Assembly: GCA_032718475.1 (NCBI GenBank)
Contig: JAUCBJ010002109.1
Span: 1 to 58,501 of the forward strand
Length of the DNA stretch: 58,501 bases
Direction: 5' to 3'
From: Nemertoderma westbladi
Lineage: Eukaryota; Animalia; Xenacoelomorpha
In this document: positions 23,386 through 36,500 of the stretch, in pieces
Layout: every line of letters begins with the position of its first letter
Position numbering within the stretch: the stretch's first letter is position 1
The notes under the pieces: generated by a model
The model's database searches: none
The model's input: the letters and a program-made list of their open reading frames with translations, nothing else
Told to the model about the DNA's origin: nothing
Made by a program: the position numbers and the translations under genes

Positions 23386-23714
23386 GCCAAAAGTCTAAAT
23401 TAAGCATAGGTGCTGATAAAACAATGCCAACATTATAATTTCACGTAATTTCTATATTACAGGGGTTTTCGAATATGCTTAATGCAATGGAAATCTTTAA
23501 ATTTTGTGAAAGTGACTAGAAATGGTGCTTTTCTGGGGTGCAGCTAACACCAAAAATACAAGATCCTCAAAAATTTTGAAAGTCACCATCAAGATCCGTC
23601 ACCTTAAATGACCACAACTCGGAATATAGAGCTACTGAATACAACTAATGATATTGCCAACTATTGTTTTTAGAGATCAAAAGAATAGTCATGAGTTAAC
23701 GTATTACACTGTTC

Positions 23715-24180
23715 TGCAGGTTAATGGAGTTCCGGGATGTGCAGGCGATCCGGTACGGCAGCCCCATGGTGGCGGTGCCGAGTCGGTGCGACGGGTGCGG
23801 GGCCGCCTTCGATCTAAACCACAGTTTAAATTGTAAAAAAGGTGGCCTCGTAATCCAAAGACTGAGCTCTGGGATGTGGTCAGTGATCTCGCGGCGCCGC
23901 GCATTCGGGCCCCGGAACATCACCCTCAAGACGGTGGTCCGCGAACAGCAGGGAGTAGACGAAGCAGCAGGTCTTGGTGTGACGTGGGGATTCCGGGTGC
24001 GCAAATCCTGAAGACCCAGGCGTTGGTTGATATTCGGGTTGAAAACCTTGGCGCCGGGCCATATGCTGGTCGCACTCCAATGTCTGTCCTCGAGTTGGCC
24101 GAAGACCAGAAGAAGAGGCTTTACACGGACACAGTGACGGCCCAACGGGGCAACTTCTCGCCGCGTTGCCTCCTGCGACA
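23715..24180 (+). mobile_element. CRE-type non-LTR fragment (CCHC knuckle plus REL nuclease), frameshifted
   Basis: EFRD...RYG...[25 protein letters not shown], then ALVDIRV...AEDQKKRLY...FSP. Confidence 0.75.
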
Positions 24181-24274
24181 GAGCTCTCATGCCGCAAGCG
24201 AACCATCTTCTCCATGTGGTGTTAAATCGATATCCCCATGGCTTTCATTTCTGCTTAACCCTTTAACCTTTGCT

Positions 24275-24810
24275 TAAACCCGGGGAGGGGGGGGGGGGTG
24301 GGTCCGTATGACCCCCTCCGTGGTTTTTTTATTATAATTCTGAAACAAACCCAGTTGGGAATCTGAAATTTTATGACTTTTCCTAAAAATCGATTGTCTT
24401 CCTAGTAGTGAAAACCGTTTTCAAAAATATTGGGTAGTTTTCGAGTTATAGCACCATTTTTTAACCCTACTTTTGGCACTTTTTTTGAGACGTTTTTTGA
24501 AAATTACATTTCATTAAATATTAATTGTAACATCTCTATTTTTGATTTACACCGGTTTTTTTGGTGTTAGCAATTGGATGGAATTCATATAAATTGATTT
24601 AGAAATTTCAAACTTGTTTTTTTCGGCGGGTGTCAAATTTTGGTGCCAGCCAAATTTTGAAATATGTCAATTTTGTAAATTGATTGTTTGAAACTTGTTT
24701 TTTACGCAATTGGGGTTTTTTGGGGTTCTGGTTTCGATGAAATATATACGAGTTGGACCAAGCGTATAAAACTTGTATTTTTCGGTGCTGTGTGCAAATT
24801 TTGGTGCTTG
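24275..24810 (-). mobile_element. Truncated inverted copy of the right part of the piggyBac-like element
   Basis: Reverse complement of about 21200-21720. Confidence 0.88.
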
Positions 24811-25349
24811 CATCTTATTATATCTACACATATTATATAGAAACACTTACATCATAAACACCATAGTGTTGTAATTTAATCGGAGCTTTTTTGACGCCGC
24901 TTCTCCTTTCTTATCTCTTTTCTTTTTTACACCGTTTGATATGTGTAGTATCACTGCTTCGATGAAGGTTCCGTTGATGTCCCTCCCCTGGCTACTACTG
25001 ATTTTACTTCCGTGGGAAGATTATTCATTATTAATTATATGATAATGAGATTAAAGATTAAATGAGATTAAGTAAATATTTCTTAGTATTGCTAATTCTT
25101 AGTATAAATACAGAAAGATCTACTGTATAAATACAGAAAGATCTATTGTATAAATACAGAATGATAGGCATCATATTGCCCTGAATTGATTACACCACGC
25201 CGATATATTTATATGTTTAAGCTTTAATATGTAATGCGATCGACACTGCCAGATATTTTTCAGCTATTTATTCCTTCGGCTAATAGATATTAGTTTTCTT
25301 AATGATTTTATGAAATTCTTATAATCTTACTCTTATTTTTTTTTCTGTA

Positions 25350-25630
25350 TTTTATATGTATGTCATATATATCTTATATGTATCTTATATGTATCTTGTA
25401 TGTATCTTATGTATCTTGTATCTTATATGAATCTTATATGTATCTTATATATCTTGTATCTTATATGTATCTTATGTATCTTGTATCTTATATGTATCTT
25501 ATATGTATCTTATATGTATCTTATATGTATCTTATGTAGCTTGTATCTTATATGTATCTTATGTATCTTATGTATCTTGTATCTTATATGTATCTTGTAT
25601 CTTATATATATCTTTTATATATCTTATCTA
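25350..25630. repeat. Low-complexity (TATATGTATCT/TGTATCT)n array
   Basis: Directly visible; explains the spurious Y/L/I-rich ORFs here. Confidence 0.95.
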
Positions 25631-25866
25631 TCTTATATTCTCAATCTTTATATTTAATACAAATTCATCTCACTATAATATATTATTTAGTCTTTATATT
25701 ATATAATAGTATTATATTGTCTGTCGGTTTATCGGCTTATTCTGTCATGAATTCCTAGATCAATGAAACTCTTTGGAGCTGTTGATAAAATATCCAAATA
25801 TATTCAGATATCAGTTCAATTCTCAAATATAAAAGTTAGGAAACAGAAAAAAGTTTGGCTTATAAT

Positions 25867-27908
25867 CTAATATAATCCAGAAGAATATGACTCATCTTCT
25901 TCAGCAGCTAGTCTAGCCATTTTAGCCAGATGCGAACATCTACGACTGTCTTTTGTATTTTCTTTTGCAATACTGGAATTGATTCGTTTATAGTCTTTAC
26001 GTGTCTGAGCTCTTGATGTCATAATAGGAATGTCTGCTGTAAGTTTCTTGAGAATGATTGATCGAGCTTGAGATCTACAATTGTAGTACAGAACTGCACT
26101 CATAGCAGCCAACTCGATGCGTCTCAAACCAAAAAAGCGGTGCTTTGGTGCACGGTTCCATACCATGGCGTTTATTCCTTCGGACTGGTTCTGGGTCAAC
26201 CCTGGAAGAACTTGTCTGAGCATGTTTGCACAAACGCCGGTAGATTGGAAGGAGGTGACCCAGAAATCCAGAGTCTAGATGATGAGTTTTGTCTGATGGT
26301 TGTTTACCAGTCCTTCTGTAGAAGCAAAAGGAATCCTTGCCCTCAGGACAATATACATGTGCCTTCGTTCTGGTGTCCCACCTTTTACAGAATGACGGAG
26401 TGAGGCTAAAATTTCCCTCTTTAGATGGTGAAGACGCTCACTTTCCGGTTTCCCGATCGTCTTCTGAACAGATCTATGTAGAGCGGTTCCCATATATTTG
26501 CTCAGTTTATCTATGGCTGTTAGGGTCAGTTGATGTTTACCTCCACCAATTGGCTTCTTGTCTTCGGGGAGTTTACCTGAACTGATTAGTTTTTTACGAA
26601 GATCTCGCAAACTGCAACCGAGTCTCTTTTGGTAATGGTTGATGCAATCTATTTTGTATATTCTTCGACATTTATCAACGAGACCCTGACTGTGCGACTC
26701 CCAGTGTTGAATTCCAGCATCACTGAAATCAAATTCCGTTTTCATATCGTCCTTCATCGCTGAATAATCTTCACATTGTTTACAAGCTCCATATATGTTC
26801 CAGACCTATAAAAGTAACAGTGGGTTAGGCTATTTATAATACTTAAATATTTGTACACCAAATTCCATTATATAAGGTACTTTAGATATTACGGTAGATT
26901 ATTAATTAACATTATATATATACATTACTAGTTTATAAGATAAAATACCGTGTTGTATGTGTTCGAATCCCCATCAGAAATCAGTGATGTATACAGTAAA
27001 CCGTGATCTGGTTTATCAGAGTCTGATCTAGACCTAGAAAAGATCTCCTCCCCAATGCTGACCTCCATAGCACCACTTAATCCCTTGAATACTCCCTTGC
27101 AGCTGGATTTGTGATTTTCGAACCATTTCTTGTATTCTTCTGAGTCCTTCTTGAAAGGGGCAAGGGTACATTTTTCACAAATCTTTGAGCGCACAGCGTA
27201 GTCCAAAACTTTTCCCGTCTCCATGCCAATCGCAAACCCGATACCATAATTAGAAGTGAAACCCCGCTTCGACCACGATCCGTCAAAACTAATCGCTGTC
27301 TCTACGTTTGTATTCCCATTCGAAATTTCCCTCCTAGCACTTACCATTTCCTCGTTCACTGCTTCCTTGGTCGCATCATAGACTTTTCCTTGGTGATTCT
27401 GGAAGCTTGATTTAGAGAAAGAACAAGGAATACCCATGACTTCTGTAAACATCTGGATTCCTTCAAGCCCCACTCCCATCTCTGTTATTATATATACAAG
27501 TTTGTCATTTATTGGGTTAGCTTCTTGGCTATAGGGCGGCCGGTACAGAGTGCTACTATCGGTTGAATTTCCGAGGAATAGTTCAATGTTACAATTTTCA
27601 CACTCGAACTTTAGAGTTGTCTGTATTCCCTGAGTTTGGAATACCTTTAGGGTTGTTTCGCCAGTGCAACCGCCAGAGTTGTGAACTGCTTGTGTGAAAC
27701 ACAGCAAGTTGTTGTAACTGTTCAACAAGGTAAAATTTGAAGAATTTCCCTCAGTTTCAAGTGCGCGAGATGAAGGTGATAAAAACTTTGTTGCTGCCAA
27801 GGTTCGCGGTACTTTCGAATCCTTCTTGAACAGTATTTTGAATGGTAAACTTCCTTTTTGCGTAAAACTAATGCCTGCCGCCTTAGAAGCACGCTTTTTA
27901 TGAGGCAT
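25867..27908 (-). pseudogene. Mutator-like / Kolobok-type DDE transposase, split by a probable intron and a frameshift
   Basis: SFDGSWSKRGFTSNYG, TGKVLDY..SKIC..C, SGAMEV, LISDGDS, KIDCINHYQKRLG, TQNQSEGINAMVWNRAPK. One candidate terminus, TTAA-GGGG on the minus strand, at about 28478. Confidence 0.85.
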
Positions 27909-28589
27909 ACTGCTTTATTGCGACTATAGTTGGTTATTTGTAAATGACTTGAAAGTGATAAGAACTCAAAATTGGATGAGTATACCGGTACCTTCAGTTA
28001 CTTGCACTGGCCAGTAGGCTACTGCTTTACTTGCAGTTCAAATTTCCCTCTCTACAGCTTCTACACCTTCTACATACAGTTATATAAAATAAAACTGACA
28101 AATATCTAATAAATATTGATTAATTATATTTTGATGTACACGTTGACTGACAGACAGACAAACGGACAGACAGACAAACTGACAGAAAAACAGACATACA
28201 GACTTAGTGATTAGAAAATTCCAAACAAGAAAAAGTACATCGAGAACAATAAAAATCACAACAACAAATATTTCAGATTGCTTATATGCTTTTTAAGCAA
28301 AGATGGACAGACAGACAGACATACAGATGGAAAGCCTGCCATTACTCGAGAAGTAAAAGAGATCTCGCTAAGCCGTTTCCAGATTTGAAATCCTCATTAA
28401 ATTCTGCTCTAGATGAAATGAAAAAACAAAAATTGAAAATTTTGACCTGAGGGGAGGTGAACCCCCCCCCCCCCCCCTTAATAATGTATGTAAACAAAGA
28501 GGTACTAATAGAAAGTATAAGATGTCTACTCCAAAACTTATGTTGACACAATTCGATAAAGAATTTTATTATTTACATTTGAAACCGAA

Positions 28590-28762
28590 ATATATGTTGC
28601 TACAGTCCAACCAATGCATCAGAGCCAGAACAAGCAGTCAAGTTTTATGAAGAACTGACTGGACTTATTAAGGACATCCCGAAACACAATGTTAAAGTCA
28701 TTGCTGGTGACCTGAATGCGCAAATTGGCCCAGAAGACATCAAGGGTTACACCTATAATTAA
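28590..28762 (+). pseudogene. RTE-type APE endonuclease fragment
   Basis: Manual translation ICCYSPTNA...KFYEEL...IPKHNVKVIAGDLNAQIG. Confidence 0.75.
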
Positions 28763-29311
28763 TCAGGTTATCAGAATTAATCAGAATTAATCAGGTTAAG
28801 CCAATAGTGGGCAGGAAAGCACATTGGGGAGGATAAGAGCGCATCTATTGGATATTAAGGCCACCCTGTAGTGTAGGAGTAATCTAACATGTCGACGGAT
28901 ATTTTTCAAAAGGTCCCAAGCACCAACTTTCCCCAAAATCACTTTTTGATATTAAAATATTCAGCGAGGTAAACACACTTTTGTCTGTAAACGGCTTGGC
29001 AATAGCTTCATCAGTAGAGAGTTATTAACTAAATAAAAACCGCCCAAGCGCCAAACTTCATAATGAGTTTGTTTCAAAATGTCCCAAGCACCACAAAACT
29101 TTCCTAAGATAATGACATAAATCAAATTGATTTGGTATTACTTTGGATAGGCTGCCTACAGCTGTACAGCTGTACCCTGTCTGCCTTAATGTATTTCTAA
29201 TAAGTGACTACCTGATATCTGATTAACTTACCGATACGGCACCGGGCAGCCGGGCTGCTGCTGATCGGCCCATTTTTAGATCCTATAGACCATCGTTCCA
29301 GCTCCACTAAG

Positions 29312-30002
29312 ATGCCACCAAAGAACGACATCGCATTAATTAATGCCCGTCTGGCTGAGCAGGACGGACTGCTAAAATCAATGGCATCAAATATTGAATT
29401 TATAACTACGCAACAAAAACAACTCAGTCCATCGGATGGTACAGATCCCCCAACCTTGGCTGATACAATCCTTCAATTACGCAAAGAAAATAACGATTTA
29501 AAGAACGACCTTAAAGATTTACGCCAGGACAACGATTCGCTGGACCAGTACACCCGCCGTAATAATGTCCTCATCCATGGCATTAACGAATCTAACCAGG
29601 AAACAGACCTTGCCAAAGTTCTCGAAATCATCTCAACACTTAATATAAACTAGGTCCTGGTCGATGTCATACATCGCTTAGGCCCACTCAAGCCCGGTAC
29701 GAAAAAACCCCGCCCAATCCTAGTTCGTTTTCTCGGACATACTCCAAGATCAACACTTTTCAAAGGTAAACTAAACCTTCCTAAAGGAGTTTATCCGTCT
29801 GACCATCTGACTCCATACCGCTCATCTTTACTACGCTCAATGGTAGAAATTAAAAAGAAGAATCAAATCCACGCAGCTTACTCGTTTAATGGATCTGTCT
29901 ATATCCGCTTCCATAAAGATGATAAACCAACTCCGATCCGTGACAAAAGTGATGTCTCGCGGGCATTTCTCGCGGTAAACAGCGACTACCGGCCAACCTA
30001 GC
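29312..30002 (+). pseudogene. CR1/L2-type LINE ORF1 (premature stop at 29651-29653)
   Basis: Coiled coil, then LDQYTRRNNVLIHGINES; after the stop VIHRLG...KPRPILVRF...DHLTPYR. Confidence 0.82.
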
Positions 30003-30229
30003 TGCTGGAGGCAGGAAATCACCTTCCAGCCTCGGTACCGGTACCTCGTCCTATTATGAAGTTCTTCGTGAACAGTCCGGAAATCGTGGTGATCGCAACC
30101 TTCTAAATTCGTCGCCAATCCAAACGACAAGGGCTCCAGTTCCAGAACGCTACGCGATTTCCGATAATGACGTTTTAACAATGCAGTAATGTAAGACATT
30201 TAGTAGGTTATCGATCAACCTATATATAT

Positions 30230-30560
30230 TTTTATATCTTTGGTGAGACTTTTAGGTCAGAGACTGATCATACAGTAACTATATACATTTTTTGGTTTAC
30301 TTTTAGATCAGAGACTGTTAAAACTATATATATAATTTTTTTGGTGTGATAATCAGAGACTGATCAAACTTTATATATTTTTATTTTTTTTTTGTTGAGA
30401 CCTTTAGGCAAGAGACTGATCACAATCATATAGATTTTTTTGGTCTGACTTTTGGCCAGAAACTGATCATAATTATATTATATATATTTTTTGGATTGAC
30501 TTTTGAACAGAGACTGATCATAATTCTATATACTTTTTGGTTTAACCTTCAGGCCAGAGA
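30230..30560. repeat. Degenerate ~55-60-bp tandem repeat between LINE ORF1 and ORF2
   Basis: About six units of TTTTGG..GACTTTT....CAGAGACTGATCA. Confidence 0.8.
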
Positions 30561-30878
30561 CACCTTGAGTTTGGGTAAGTCTCTGGATATGTAAGAGTAT
30601 GGTTACAAGCCTGATAGTTATTTGGGGCAGGGTTATATATATTATTTTTCTTTCTTTCAGTCTTTTTGTTTTGACCTGAGCCTGGTCATAAATACGAATA
30701 TTTTAGTTTTTTATTTGTGTGACTGTTTTGAGATATCCTTGTCGATATATCCATACCCGGTTCCTTTATCTTTGATACAAATACTGTATTATTCAGATTA
30801 TCAGTGGTCCCAACCCTGTCATTTATTCGGTACTTTTTTTTTAGATAAGCCCCTATAAAAGGCTCCCCATAATTTCCC

Positions 30879-32210
30879 ATGCCGGTTCTATTTCCTTCTG
30901 ATTGTGCATTTTGTTTCTCGGTAGTATCCCGTAATAAACCTTTATTTAACTGTATATTATGCGAGAATCTTTACCACTTTCAATGTGGGACCTGCCTAGA
31001 TCTGTCCGATTTCACTGAATCTGTAACTGCTGTATATCATGATTACTGTATTTATTGTTACCACGAAATTTTTCCTTTCACACATATTCTTTCCACCGAT
31101 ACTGATATATTCCCTTCCGAAGACGACACTGAACAAATTGACTTCACGGACTCAAACAACCACCTGCGATCCAGCGACCCTGATACTAACCTCATTTCTA
31201 CTATAGACAGCTCTGAATACTTCACCCACGAATCTTTCAACTTACTTTCCAACCACTCCAACTCTAATAAAAAATCTCTTACGGTATTTCATCTTAATTG
31301 TAGAAGTCTAAGTAAAAATTTACAGGATACGACAAACTACCTCCACCTACTAAACAAACAGTTTGATATATTACCTTTTACCGAAACTTTTTTGACTGAC
31401 GGAACTGATCTATCATTAATTAAAATTGAAGGATATGTAGGCCCCCTAATAAATAATAGACAATACGGTAAACGAGATCGAGGTGGGACTGCAATATACA
31501 TCAAAGAAGGACTACAATATGAATATGACACTACGAAAATACAATTTACTGTAGATGGGTGTGAGTCTTCTTGGATATTATTGACCCCAGGCAGAGCTAC
31601 CGCCAACCGCAAACCACTATTAGTAGGAACCATCTACAGACCTGGGAAATGCCCTGAAGAACATTTTTTGAATGAACTAACGACTCTACTAAATAATATT
31701 ACTGACGCGAAATACGATACCATAATTACGGGAGATTTTAACATTAATACTCTAAATATATCAAGCTCATCAAATAAATATATCAATACATTAAATACCT
31801 ATTGTTTCAACCAACTTATCAAACAACCGACTAGAATAACTCCATATACAAAATCCACAATTGATCACATTTCAACTAATATTACCGATAAATTTATTAC
31901 AGCCGGGGTTTTCCTTACTGAACTAGGCACTACTGACCATTTAGCAACGTTTATAATAATTAATGATTTTGATTGCTACTTGAAGCCTACTGAAATAACT
32001 ACAATTTTCGACTATAGTAAATTTAATAAAGAACATTTTCTCAATGATATTTGTAAATCTGAAACCTGGACATACAGAGATGAAAATATACAAAATAATG
32101 ATAAATTTGATATTTTTTATAAAAATCTGGGAAACGTATGTAAAACTCATCTACCGAAAAAAGAAATAGCGCCACATCTAATTCCAAAAAAACCTTGGAT
32201 GACTCAAAAT
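30879..32210 (+). pseudogene. CR1/L2-type ORF2 N-terminus (Cys-rich PHD-like region plus APE endonuclease), truncated before RT
   Basis: CAFC...CILC..YH..C...CIYC; HLNCRSL, FTETFL, RGGTAIYIK, GTIYRP, GDFNIN, PTRIT...IDHI, TDH, KKPWMT. Confidence 0.9.
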
Positions 32211-32212
32211 TT

Positions 32213-32720
32213 GTCATTAGAGGCATACGGAGCGGCACTCTACTTAGTACAACGAGAGGGGGCTCACAAGCCCAGACTCGCATTCAGCAAAGCGAAGTCG
32301 ACACCGCCAGATTCAGCATCAGTTCTGAAATTCGAGTTGACAGCTGCGAGGTTAGGAGTTAGGGCCACAGCCTACTTGATGGACGCTATTCCCAACATAG
32401 TGGAAACACACTACTGGACGGACTCCATGGTAGTGCTTGGTTGGCTACACAATTAAAGGACGAGATACCCTATATTCGTCGCAAATAGGGTGGACGAAAT
32501 AGGAGCAACTACGGAATTGGAAAGGTGGCACTAATGCCCAATGGATGAGAACCCAGCGGACTTGTTATCGAGGGGCGTGGCACGGCACGCCCTACTTTCT
32601 TGAAGAAGGAAGTACTGTGGCAGCACGGGCCACAATTCCTGAACAACAGGACAGCCTGGCCACCGATGAAGAAGGTGGACCTGGGCTCAGGGGAAGTAGC
32701 ACTAGAGGAGGAAGGAGGAG
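32213..32720 (+). pseudogene. BEL/Pao RNase H fragment (different family from the full-length element)
   Basis: SLEAYGAALY...SKAK..P...KFELTAA...YWTDSMVVLGW*..FVANRV...NPADLLSRG...WQHGPQFL. Confidence 0.87.
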
Positions 32721-33013
32721 ATTCGGAAGCTGAGGAGATATATAGCCAGATGGTAAGGGCTTCATTTTCTTTTCTCTTTGACTTAAGTTTGCTTTATAGC
32801 CAGATGGTGAGGGCTTCATTTTCTTTTCTCTTTGACTTAAGTTTGCTTGTGTTTTGTTCTTTTTAAATTCATTGATTGAAGTAGTACAATGGTTGGGGGG
32901 AACATCCTTGTCCTTTTTTTTATAATATTCTATAGTTCTAGTTATATCTGTGTAATCTCTATGGGCGTCAGTGGCCCAGATTAAAATAAAATAAATAAAT
33001 AAATAAATACCGC

Positions 33014-33703
33014 ACATCCCCTAGCAGGGGATGAATTCTATCTTAGATTGCTACTTAACCACAACCATAGCAAGGGCAAAATAAGTTTTAAGGATATTTC
33101 TTTTTATGATTAACATATCTATAAATTGTATAAATTATTAATTATTTTGGACCTTCTTTGGATGAACAGCTCTATTGTAAATGGAGGGAAAAATTGAACT
33201 CACCACAAGCGGCCCAAGTCTCCTGATAAAAGTTCAGGTATGCTGACCACTACACCATGAAGGCAAGTGTCTGCTGTGGTCTGCATACCTGAACGGTTAT
33301 TGGGAGACAAGGTTTCGAACCCCGCTGGTGGTGGCGAGTTCATTTTTTCGCTCAATTTGTAATAGAGTTATTCATCCAAAGTCCAGTTTAAAATATATAA
33401 ATAATACATAAATTATAAAATAGTGTTCTGAGGGAGGCTGATGAGATGAAACTGTGCCCTGCAATTCGCAGTTTATTTGTAGTAATTCTAATTCACTGCA
33501 ATCCCTCTAATCCATTAGCATTGTTTAACGCACATCAACACGAGTGGACTCACGACTTCAGCCGCCGCTTCCCGAACTCTTCTGTTGATGATATTCGAAT
33601 TCTACTCCTCAATGATATACAAACTAAACTTCAGCAGAAAGATAAACAACTGAAAGACTTTGGGCTTCCTACTCCAACTCAGGGAGACATACGCCTGACA
33701 TAA
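33014..33703 (+). pseudogene. Helitron RepHel fragment (inter-domain region), interrupted at about 33095-33420
   Basis: HPLAGDEFYLRLLLNH..KGKISFKD, then LREA...IRSLFVVILIHCNPSNPLALF...KQLKDFGLPTP. Confidence 0.8.
33120..33415. repeat. Head-to-head inverted pair of tRNA-derived (SINE-like) sequences
   Basis: CTTTGGATGAA/TTCATCCAAAG arms; A-box-like TGGTGTAGTGG (minus strand, about 33247-33257); B-box-like GGTTTCGAACCC (33311-33322). Confidence 0.6.
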
Positions 33704-33856
33704 TTCTACTCTCAGAGAGTCAACCCCATTTCCCTGTCATTATACAGGTTAGAATCCGTTTGCAAAATCATTTAGGCGTAGACAACACTTTAAAAAAATG
33801 TAATTAAAGATAGTCTCAGCTTGGGCCTTGGACATGGACCTCAGAGGTCACACAGG

Positions 33857-34605
33857 AAAACACAGACCCCCCAGGTACAAAACACAGGCCCCCCCAGGTA
33901 CAAAACACAGACCCCCCCAGGTAAAAAACACAGACCCCCCTAATACTATAGGTAGTATGCTTTAATTTAATTTAATCGTACACCCACCGAGATGGGGGAA
34001 CTAAACTATGCTTAACTATGCTATGCACACTCAGACACTTAGGCGTACTGTATAATGTAGTAATATAATCACTAATAATGATTTACAATTAAATGCCAGA
34101 ATGCCAAAGTGCCTTTAGGGAACTCTTAAGGATTTATACTACAGTTCCCAAAAAGCACTCTGGCATTTTGGCATTTACGCTGGTTGCAATTATTTAGGTA
34201 CCTGGAAAAAATGCCAAAGTGCCTTTTGGGAACTATTCGTGTGACTTAGCCACACGTGCTATATGCTACAATGCTATAGCTGTATAGGCCTAGCACAGTT
34301 CCAATCCTTATCCTGTTATCTGGTTATCGTCGCCGTTGACAGGTTGAAGACTGAAAACATATACCGGTTGCCGCTACTGGCAGACTGGTAGTACCCGACC
34401 CGGTACCGACCCGGAAAAGTGTCAACCTGATTACAGGATTATTAGGTCTGTAGTGCCTACTGCTGTAGTACTACTGCACTGACTGAAGTGTGTGTACTAA
34501 CTAACCACTAACTTTGTACCTGGGGGGTCTGTGTTTTGAACCTGGGGGTGGGTCTGTGTTTTGTACCTGGGGGTCTGGGGTCTTGGGTCTGTGTTTTGTA
34601 CACAA
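33857..34605. mobile_element. MITE-like element with tandem-repeat inverted ends
   Basis: (AAAACACAGACCCCCCAGGTAC)n on the left and its reverse complement at 34515-34600; internal inverted repeat at about 34090-34177. Confidence 0.65.
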
Positions 34606-34859
34606 CCCGGGGTGTAGTGTCGTATCTCCGGGGTTGGAAGAAGGGGGGCTCGTTTACTTGGCGGCGAGGTTGCCTCCCTTTGAATCGTCGGGATTCCGGG
34701 GGCCCATGCATTGTGGTAGGGGGGTGGTTTCCCCCCGTGCCAGCCGCTGACCGCGCCACGACCATATAAGTTACCACCAACCCTACCCACGAAGACGTCG
34801 CTTCCCGGTATCGCTTTACCACCTTGTTTGGTATCGGATCCGAACCCTCGATATACGAA

Positions 34860-35295
34860 TCCATATACGAATTACTTTGTACCGGGGCGAAAGTTGGCAT
34901 CTTTTCTGCTAAAAGGTCACAAACCGGTGACTGATCATAGGGGCGTAATATATAGGATCCCATGCGAATGTGGGCTAACATATATAGGTGAAACTAAATA
35001 CAGTATGGATGTCTGTTTAACGCAACATGACAGTGATGTAAGACACGGTAGGTACAAAGCATCGGATCTAGCAGCTCACCATGTGGATACTGGTCATGTG
35101 CCAAGTTTTGAGTTAGCAGAAGTCATAGGTAGACAAACCCAGTTACGTAGGAGAAAAATCTTAGAAAGTAACCGATTATTGACCGATTATTGATTAACGG
35201 ATATCCGATTATTGGGGGACAAAGCTATTAATAAAAGGACATCGGTGGACGTTGACCATTTAAGTGTAGGGGCATTACAAAAATATATAAACTAA
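34860..35295 (+). pseudogene. Penelope-like element GIY-YIG endonuclease, 3' fragment
   Basis: GVIYRIPCECGLTYIGET....R/L..H...SDLAAHHVDTGH..F......RKILES...IN. Confidence 0.88.
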
Positions 35296-35903
35296 TATTT
35301 GTAGTACATTGTGTGTATGTGTGGGTGAATGTGTATTTTTTCTTCTTGTGATTGTGCCAATTGTTTGTAATATACTGTATGTTTAGTACTGTAGTTGTGG
35401 TCTCATGTAGTGTTTTTTATATTATACTGCTTTTGTGCTATAATATCCGTTAAGTTACTGTATGGTGGTTATTTGTCTTGTCAGTCAGTGCATTGGTTAT
35501 TTTCAGTATTTTGCAGTATTACAACTTAGGTTAGTACTGGGTTAGGTATTATTATACAGTTTTGATTTTAGGTACCTTACTGTGACTATGGTTAGGCCAG
35601 TTTGCAGGACTGTGTTATTATTCCATTATTATTATTATGCGATTAGGATTACATACATATCTCACTTTCACTATATCTATCTTCTATTAGTTAGTTGTGT
35701 TTGTTATTGACAATGAATTATAATATTAATTCGAAATATATTTATATCGCTGTATTGCTCCGTTTACTTATTATTATTAATTTTGCAACTATCTACACTA
35801 ACTTGAATTACATTATTTCATCATTACACATCATCATTAAATAAATTTCCGTATTAAGAAAAAGAAAATGTCTTACATTATTCTTATACGAAGTTGAATC
35901 ATA

Positions 35904-36500
35904 GCAGTAGCAAACTAAAAAGTTGAAAGTAACTGGACCTATAGACGTTACATGCAATCGGAGATGAACTAACGGCAGTCAGCTGATCAGTAGGTTTCAC
36001 CTCACAGTGGAAGGCATTCTCAGGAGGCCAAGCCTTGAAAAAACAGTGAGAGTGAAGTCCCTCTTGTGTGGGGAATATGTTGATGTTGAATACACTAATA
36101 TATTAGACACGAGTCCAATACTTGGCTGACCGACTGGCGTAAGATTTAAATACTTCAAAGTAATTTCACGGCACTCTTTGCGGCCTGTTTTGCAAAAAAT
36201 ATGTATTACATTCGCTCGCGCATGCCCATTATCAACAAACAGAAACATGATTGGTGCAAGTTTGTGGTGCTGCTTCCCAGTGCTTAGTTATTAGTACACA
36301 CCTCTCTTCATTACATAACCGTTTCCTTCTACATAACTTTCCTTCTCCCTTTTGGGACTTCACCATCACTGTTATATCCAGGCCTCTTGAGAATTCCTTA
36401 AACTGCGAGGCGATACCTACCAATCAGCTGCCTGCCGTTAGCTGATCCACTGATTGCATGCAACGTCTTAGGTCAAGTTGCTTTTTAGTTTGGTACTGCT
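35904..36500. mobile_element. MITE with ~100-bp imperfect TIRs
   Basis: GCAGTAGCAAACTAAAAAG...CTAACGGCAG versus CTGCCGTTAG...CTTTTTAGTTTGGTACTGC. Confidence 0.65.

Noticed and set aside
25400-25758. Hydrophobic Tyr/Leu/Ile-rich ORFs
   Set aside because: Translations of a low-complexity repeat.
25867-28482. Complete autonomous DNA transposon
   Set aside because: The transposase is frameshifted and only one candidate terminus was found.
33240-33330. Functional tRNA gene
   Set aside because: No arm has both intact A and B boxes with a complete cloverleaf.
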